Shown here: one piece after another, positions 23,870-27,962 of the stretch
Position numbering within the stretch: the stretch's first letter is position 1
How the letters are laid out: every line of letters begins with the position of its first letter
DNA from: a virus
Lineage: Duplodnaviria; Caudoviricetes
Length of the DNA stretch: 27,962 nt
Direction: 5' to 3' (one strand)
Virus record (IMG/VR): IMGVR_UViG_3300042260_000190
Location: 1-27,962 of that record
Notes under the pieces: generated by a model
Database searches by the model: none
Seen by the model: only the letters and a program-made list of their open reading frames with translations
Told to the model about the DNA's origin: nothing
Program-made: the position numbers and the translations under genes

Positions 23870-25507
23870 CTATTTAACGACTGAAGCTTTCCCCCAGCCT
23901 GACATGGTTCCGCCGGGGCCTGATGCGCCGGGGGCTCCCGCCATTGTAGTCCCGCCAGCGGCCTTCATCAACAGCTCGACTTGTTGGTTCACCAACCGCT
24001 GCCGCAAGCCGGGGTCCTTCATCGACTGCGCCATCAGAGCGGGGTTGCCCTTCAGCTCGTTGGCCACGTTGTCGATTGCTTTGTTCACGATCTCGGCTTT
24101 TTGCGAGGGGGTCAGTACGTTAAGCTTCTGGTCGGCATTGATCCGTGCCGTCGCCATGTGGGTGGCGTTTGACAACATGCTGTTAACCGCCTGCTGGTCA
24201 ACTTGGTAAATGTTGGCCAAATTCTGGGCCTTAGCGCGAATGTTCTGGCCGAACTGCTCTGTGCCAGTCTTGAACAAGTCGCTGCGCTTACCAAACAGAT
24301 CGCGGGCACCGGTTTGTTCGTCCTTCTCCGTGTCGGCACGAAGCGCGTTCATCTTGGCTTGGAAGTTCAGCTCATCAGCACGCTTGGCTTCGCGGTTCTG
24401 AGTGTATGCAGGGCCGAGTCCGGACAGGCCCTTATATTGACCAGCTTGGCCAAACACACGAATCAGATCATCCAGACCGCTAGGGCGCGACTTGGCGTAC
24501 TGGGCTTCCAGATCAGAAATGCGTTTCTGCTGGCCTTCGTACATCCTGCGCTGAGCTTCTTCACTAGCAACACCGGGCAGCATCTTGTTGGACTGCGCTA
24601 CGGCCTCTTCTGGAGTAGGTGCAGTACTGGGAAGCCCACGGATCGCCTGCAAAGCTTCGGCTTGCATTGGACTCGTTTGGGAGCGACCAGCAGGCAATGC
24701 ACCGGGCAAACCGGCTTGAGGGGCTGCTTGAGGAGCAGGAGCTCCTGCTCCTTGGCCCTGCATAGTCTCGGGTTTATCCATAGCCGGTTTGAACGGCGTT
24801 GCGCGACGGCCTTCATTGGAATAGCTGGCCTGCGGGGGCACATCCATAGCGGCCTTGTCAGAACTGTACGTCAGGGCCTTGGCAATACCTTCTCGCAGCG
24901 CAGCTTGGTTTGCAGCAAGGTCTCTCCAGCCTTTGCCAGAATCGGCAACGCGGACCACGGCGTCGGGGTTCTCCATTTGCACTTGCGCGGCTTCCTGCTG
25001 GGACGTACCGGCGGGCATCTCAATCACTTGCTTGGCGTCCTCAGCCTCACGATTCTTTCGGTTCATCCGGTCGTACGGAGTCTCGTACGCTTTGCCGCCT
25101 TCCGCAAACGCCACAATGCCACCGCCGTTGAAACCAAACTGCACGGGCAGGCGGGCCAAACCGCCGCTAGCGGCCATGAACGCTTCGGGCTGGGCTTCGG
25201 GTTGCGGAGCATCTTCTGGCACAGGCATGGAGCCCATGGGAGGCATACCACCCGCCGACTGCTGCTTCATCTGTTGCTGCAGAGCCATCAGACCGGCTTT
25301 TTGCTCGATCTGCTCTTTGACACTGGGCTGTTCACCCTGCGCGGCGCCTTGCATGTTGGCCAGCTTTTGCTGGGTAGCCATCTTCTCCTGCATAACACCT
25401 GCTGCTACCCATGGGGGGATCATGTCCGGATTGAACCCATTGGCGTACTTCTGCAGCTCAGAGATCGGCAGATCGTTGGCTACTGCCTGTGCTTTGACGA
25501 GATTCAT
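23870..25507 (-). CDS. Putative internal virion / ejection protein (Gln/Ala-rich)
   Basis: 545 aa ORF, coiled-coil and low-complexity composition, directly upstream of the large ejection-type protein. Confidence 0.7.
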   Translation of the reverse strand: MNLVKAQAVANDLPISELQKYANGFNPDMIPPWVAAGVMQEKMATQQKLANMQGAAQGEQPSVKEQIEQKAGLMALQQQMKQQSAGGMPPMGSMPVPEDAPQPEAQPEAFMAASGGLARLPVQFGFNGGGIVAFAEGGKAYETPYDRMNRKNREAEDAKQVIEMPAGTSQQEAAQVQMENPDAVVRVADSGKGWRDLAANQAALREGIAKALTYSSDKAAMDVPPQASYSNEGRRATPFKPAMDKPETMQGQGAGAPAPQAAPQAGLPGALPAGRSQTSPMQAEALQAIRGLPSTAPTPEEAVAQSNKMLPGVASEEAQRRMYEGQQKRISDLEAQYAKSRPSGLDDLIRVFGQAGQYKGLSGLGPAYTQNREAKRADELNFQAKMNALRADTEKDEQTGARDLFGKRSDLFKTGTEQFGQNIRAKAQNLANIYQVDQQAVNSMLSNATHMATARINADQKLNVLTPSQKAEIVNKAIDNVANELKGNPALMAQSMKDPGLRQRLVNQQVELLMKAAGGTTMAGAPGASGPGGTMSGWGKASVVK

Positions 25508-25510
25508 GTA

Positions 25511-27421
25511 TTAGCCCCCAGTTTGGCCAAGGTTAGCCAGTGTTTGATACAGCCCCGCAAGGCCCGAGATGTCACTTTGCAATTTTTGCAAGGTAGTCTG
25601 GTCAATGCTTGTCGTTTCAGACTTAATTGGCAGGTTTTTGAGCAGGTCGAGCTGGTACTGGGGCATCTTGTATGCCCAATCGCGTTGCTCTTCAAACGCT
25701 GCTTTGTCTGCTGCGATACCTTCTTGCTCGATGCCGCGCTGCTGTGCGCCGAGATCGGCCAAGTCTTTAAGGACGCCACGACTAAAGTCTGCAGCTCCTT
25801 TACGTGCAGTTTCTTCAGTATTGAACTGGCCCATCGCTTTGTCGTACGCAGTGGCGTAACCCTCAGCCAGCATCTTGTTTTGCTTGTCCATCAGGTTACG
25901 GTTGAGCTCAGACTCCATGATGGCCTGACGACCACCGCCGTACGCACCCGCCTTGGTCAAACGACTAGCGTCTGCCAAACGAGAAATCTGGGCTTCACGA
26001 CGGGCTTCGTCCAGAGATGGTTGCAGTGCTGCGCTCAGGTACGGGTTCATGTACTGATTGGCGGCAGCGGTGTTGAACGTGCCGGGGGTAAACCCAGCCT
26101 GCGCCAGCTCGCTGGTGCCGGCGAACGCTTGATTCTGCAGGTTTGAGGGGCCAGCCGTCAGTGGGCCGGTGTAGGCTTGGAACGGTTGATTCGCCAGCGC
26201 AGCGCCTTGACCGAGCGCGTTCGTGACGTAGTCACCGACCCATGGGGACAGAGTGGAGGTTTTGGAGGTGTCGGGGGCGATCCCAGCTGCGGTTGCGGTA
26301 TTGCCTGTCGCGGTGTTGGAAGTCACAGAGCTACCGGTTTGTCCGGAAAACCCTTTAACAGCGCCGCCAGCAGCGTAGGCTTGAGCCAGACCACCCGGCA
26401 TGAACTTGTCCGGGTTGATGCGTTTACCCTGCTTTTCGCTTCCGGTGCGGGCCTTGCGAATACGAGCCATCATGTCGTACAGCTTTTGGGCGCCAGCGTC
26501 AGAGTTACCGTTACCAAGGTGGGACACCACATCGGCAGGGATCACGAACTCCCCGTGACTCAGCGCAGCAGGGTCTTTGCCGTCAATAGACGTGGGGATT
26601 TTATCAGCCATGCCGTCAGTTTTACCTGACAGGTAGCGACCACCTTTTGCTAGGTTAGCGATACCGCCGTGTGCCATAGCGTTTCCTTCAGTTGGTACAG
26701 CTGCAGGCGCAAACCCTTCAGCTGTTGGGATTTGGGGCAGACTAGCAGCTTGCTGAACGACAGCGGCTTTCTCTGCGGGCTTCAGGGCGGCCAGATTCAT
26801 CTTGCCAGCCCAAGGGTTAACGTTTTCTGTGGCTTTCGGTGCAATAGCAGCCAGACCTGCGGCCTGTGTAGCAGCGGCTTCTTGAGCTGCGGTCTTTGCA
26901 GCGGCGTCGCCTTGCGCAACAAACTGCGTATCGGTGAAATACTGGCGGCCAGACTCGCCCGGACGGCGGTTAGGGTCGTTGTACTGCACCTGCTGACGAA
27001 CCATGTCCATCTTGGGTACGGGCTTGTTGTAGCCACCGGAGGCAGAGGAGTCGCTGCCAAAAGCGTTATACAACCCAACAGCGGCTGTAGCGAGCCCAGC
27101 CAAGTTGTAGTTGCCGGTTTCCGGATCGTACAAGTATTTCTTGAGAAAATTCCCGGCGGAGCTGCCCAGCTTCTTCACAAGCCCGGAAACAAACCCCGGC
27201 GCGGAGTTAGCAGCCCATTGCAGCATTTCCGCATCGCTCTTGATATCGTCACCGGACGCCACCTCGTCAAACGTGTACTTCCCCGAAAGCACGTCATTCC
27301 AGTCCTGCTCAAAAGCAGCGTCGTCAGAGCTGTAATATCCGGTATCAACGTTGTTAGATAGCTCGTCCCACGTATAGTTACCGGCCATCATGTCGGCCCA
27401 GTCTTGCTCAAAGTCATCCAT
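25511..27421 (-). CDS. Putative internal virion / DNA transfer (pilot-like) protein
   Basis: 636 aa ORF with AAGGGGA RBS; DGMAD.IP...LSHGEFVIPADVV domain; YMNPY...GAYGGGRQA coiled-coil domain. Confidence 0.7.
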   Translation of the reverse strand: MDDFEQDWADMMAGNYTWDELSNNVDTGYYSSDDAAFEQDWNDVLSGKYTFDEVASGDDIKSDAEMLQWAANSAPGFVSGLVKKLGSSAGNFLKKYLYDPETGNYNLAGLATAAVGLYNAFGSDSSASGGYNKPVPKMDMVRQQVQYNDPNRRPGESGRQYFTDTQFVAQGDAAAKTAAQEAAATQAAGLAAIAPKATENVNPWAGKMNLAALKPAEKAAVVQQAASLPQIPTAEGFAPAAVPTEGNAMAHGGIANLAKGGRYLSGKTDGMADKIPTSIDGKDPAALSHGEFVIPADVVSHLGNGNSDAGAQKLYDMMARIRKARTGSEKQGKRINPDKFMPGGLAQAYAAGGAVKGFSGQTGSSVTSNTATGNTATAAGIAPDTSKTSTLSPWVGDYVTNALGQGAALANQPFQAYTGPLTAGPSNLQNQAFAGTSELAQAGFTPGTFNTAAANQYMNPYLSAALQPSLDEARREAQISRLADASRLTKAGAYGGGRQAIMESELNRNLMDKQNKMLAEGYATAYDKAMGQFNTEETARKGAADFSRGVLKDLADLGAQQRGIEQEGIAADKAAFEEQRDWAYKMPQYQLDLLKNLPIKSETTSIDQTTLQKLQSDISGLAGLYQTLANLGQTGG

Positions 27422-27432
27422 CTCGATTCCCC

Positions 27433-27962
27433 TTATTTAAGAAGCTTGAGCAGGTCATCGAGATACCCGCCAGTTGCAATTTTAGTCGTCTGCCGGTTGT
27501 TTTGGCTAGCAGAACCGCTTGGCCTTGTTGGGTCAAACGCAGAAGAAATGTCCATAAACTCTTCCCAAGGCCGCTCCTCCTGCTGAGCCTGCGCCTGCGC
27601 GGGGTAGTAGCCTGATTGTCCAATGCCAAGGAGGGTAAGCAGTTGCGCAATGTCCGACCCGCCGCTGGGTTGCGTCGGCGTACCTCCAGTACCTCCAGTA
27701 CCTCCAGTACCTCCAGTACCTCCAGTACCTCCAGTACCTCCAGCCCCTCCGCTAATACTTGGCGGACGTGCAACGCTATCCGGAAGCGCGCCTGCGCTTT
27801 TCATAATGTCGTACCCACTGAGACCCTCTTTAGTTGGGTCCCAAGGATCGGTGTACCACTCCTCCCCCGTGGCGGTGTTTTTCCAAAGCCCCTTGCTTGG
27901 GTCAACTTGCCAGTCACTCATGTCCGCAGTGCCACTGGTTTCGTTGGTCAGTTCTTCCAACA
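27433..27962 (-). CDS. Putative virion protein, C-terminal part (5' truncated by window)
   Basis: Open frame running off the window end; Gly/Thr repeat; ends IATGGYLDDLLKLLK. Confidence 0.7.
   Translation of the reverse strand, partial: LEELTNETSGTADMSDWQVDPSKGLWKNTATGEEWYTDPWDPTKEGLSGYDIMKSAGALPDSVARPPSISGGAGGTGGTGGTGGTGGTGGTGGTPTQPSGGSDIAQLLTLLGIGQSGYYPAQAQAQQEERPWEEFMDISSAFDPTRPSGSASQNNRQTTKIATGGYLDDLLKLLK
27680..27742 (-). repeat. Perfect 9 bp tandem repeat x7 (GTACCTCCA) encoding (Gly-Gly-Thr)7
   Basis: Seven exact copies counted directly. Confidence 0.95.

Noticed and set aside
19035-26146. Long + strand ORFs (643, 785 and 647 aa) opposite the virion genes
   Set aside because: Antisense shadows of real genes caused by codon bias; TTG starts, no RBS, no recognisable motifs
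27414-27773. 119 aa ORF with LEVLEV repeats
   Set aside because: Alternative frame of the 9 bp tandem repeat within the real gene

Overview
A 28 kb slice of a tailed dsDNA bacteriophage genome (podovirus-like architecture, moderately GC-rich; a proteobacterial host is an inference only). The + strand (1-17868) carries an accessory array of about 25 small genes, then a replication module. The array includes a MazG-like NTP pyrophosphatase, a Rap1a-like immunity protein, a glutaredoxin, HTH proteins and DUF3310. The replication module comprises VRR-NUC, a family A DNA polymerase with Leu at the Pol I 762 position, a Cas4/RecB-like nuclease, an HNH protein, an SNF2 helicase, a putative ssDNA-binding protein, a Cro-like HTH and a primase-helicase. 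Converging on the - strand (17862-27962) are large virion/ejection-type proteins, including a 1999 aa protein with an HExxH motif and an LPD38-like C-terminus. Main unexplained signals: (1) genes and sub-gene modules in the accessory array bounded by exact 11-16 bp direct repeats, within a chain of 14 consecutive 4-nt stop/start overlaps, suggesting repeat-mediated cassette insertion; (2) a palindrome TTTTAA-N2-TTAAAA present three times, once inside a coding sequence; (3) a candidate small RNA presenting an anti-Shine-Dalgarno sequence between two hairpins; (4) a recurrent A/F-x-G-G motif in the virion proteins. All family assignments are from motif recognition by eye, without database searches. 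No tRNA, rRNA, CRISPR array, integrase or transposase was seen.
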